The position numbers and the translations under genes are program-made. From Fonticula alba ATCC 38817 (lineage: Eukaryota > Protista > Nucleariida): a DNA stretch of 64,000 nucleotides. Below the pieces are notes generated by a model, which did no database searches, was not told the origin of the DNA, and saw only the letters and a program-made list of their open reading frames with translations. This document shows, piece by piece, positions 63,126-64,000 of the stretch. How positions within the stretch are numbered: position 1 is the first letter of the stretch; each line of letters starts with the position of its first letter. The stretch lies in assembly GCA_000388065.2 (NCBI GenBank), contig KB932204.1; one strand, given 5' to 3'.

Positions 63126-64000
63126 ATGGAGCGGGTGTACTTCTTCCTCTCCTCCATCAGCTGCCTGAATCCGGTGCTCGATTGCTGCCCCGGCATGTGG
63201 CGCTCCCACACCACCAGCGACCTGGCATACCGGCACCCGGACGACACTTTTGACTCCTTCATCATCGACGATGACGACGATGAGGATGACGACTTTGATG
63301 CCATCCTCAACCGGCAAGCCGGCCTCAAGCCCACCGGCCAGGGGAGATCCCTCACCTCCATGACAACCGGCCATATGGCCGGCCCCCCTGCCTCTGCCCA
63401 GCAGCCCCACCTCACCTCGGGCCCTGCCTCGCAGATGGCCCACCCACACCCGCCGCCCCAGCAGCAGCTTCCCCGTGGCCTCTTCACCCAGTACTCGACT
63501 CCGGTGGACGACTTTGCCCCGGCTGCCGGCGCCCAGGCGCCGGCCTCCATCCCGGCCATCCAGCCGCCGCCCCCCGCACTGGCGTCCCAGTTCGGCCACA
63601 TCGACCGGCTCATCTCCCGGACGCTGGACACCCCGAGCGCGCCCACTTCCTTCCCCGCCGGCTTGGATGACGGCGCCCAGTGGGGCGATGATGCATGGGG
63701 GTCATTCTCCGATGAGGATCTTGATCGCGACCACGATCTCCTCGGGGACTCCTCCAGCCCGGCCGAATCGCCCCCCCTGCCCTCGAAGGACCACCCACAG
63801 CCCGCGGCCCCCGAGCCCGCGGCCCCGGAGCAAGTGCCCACCCCCCCGGAGGCTGCCTCCCCCACCCTGGCCTCGGAGGTCCTCGACGAGGGCCTTGCCC
63901 TGCCGCCGCCTGCTTCTGAGTGCGCCCCGCGAAAATGCCCCACCTCTTGTCTTGGCCCTTCCCCCCCCCCTCCTCCCTCTGCCTTTTTTTTTTTCCCCCC
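63126..64000 (+). CDS. Hypothetical protein, partial (MERVYFFLSSISCL...; acidic then Pro-rich)
   Basis: Codon-biased open frame from ATG 63126 to the window end; upstream context is lost in the 62523-63100 gap. Confidence 0.6.
   Translation, partial: MERVYFFLSSISCLNPVLDCCPGMWRSHTTSDLAYRHPDDTFDSFIIDDDDDEDDDFDAILNRQAGLKPTGQGRSLTSMTTGHMAGPPASAQQPHLTSGPASQMAHPHPPPQQQLPRGLFTQYSTPVDDFAPAAGAQAPASIPAIQPPPPALASQFGHIDRLISRTLDTPSAPTSFPAGLDDGAQWGDDAWGSFSDEDLDRDHDLLGDSSSPAESPPLPSKDHPQPAAPEPAAPEQVPTPPEAASPTLASEVLDEGLALPPPASECAPRKCPTSCLGPSPPPPPSAFFFFP

Noticed and set aside
1-64000. CRISPR array, rRNA, TnpB/Fanzor or viral hallmark genes
   Set aside because: No regularly spaced repeat-spacer units, rRNA signatures, RuvC motifs, or capsid/polymerase motifs were seen; the sequence is eukaryotic.

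Overview
Eukaryotic genomic window from a very GC-rich, intron-containing genome. Composition, poly-C introns and the CAP sequence suggest a GC-rich opisthokont protist such as Fonticula (inference only). It has two compartments. (1) 1-24 kb is repeat-rich. It contains two low-GC islands with spliced orphan genes that I reconstructed by hand: a ~1493-aa 5-exon gene at 1191-5989 (+) and a ~249-aa 6-exon gene at 11616-12975 (-). It also has decayed DIRS-type (tyrosine-recombinase) retrotransposon fragments, pseudogenes, and GC-rich repeats, one of which carries a ~44-53-bp hairpin in three copies. (2) After a tRNA cluster (Gly, Glu, Ser; 24.07-25.54 kb) comes a gene-dense block: a large orphan gene with repeated CDC48/PEX-N-like motifs, pelota, an EXD3/Mut-7 exonuclease, a second tRNA-Gly, two head-to-head FAM136A-like paralogs, a probable LRR + inactive caspase-like fusion gene, CAP/Srv2 and a partial gene at the end. 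Most long ORFs in the supplied track are GC-rich artefacts, and there are eight assembly gaps. All homology calls come from motif recognition by eye; no database searches were run.
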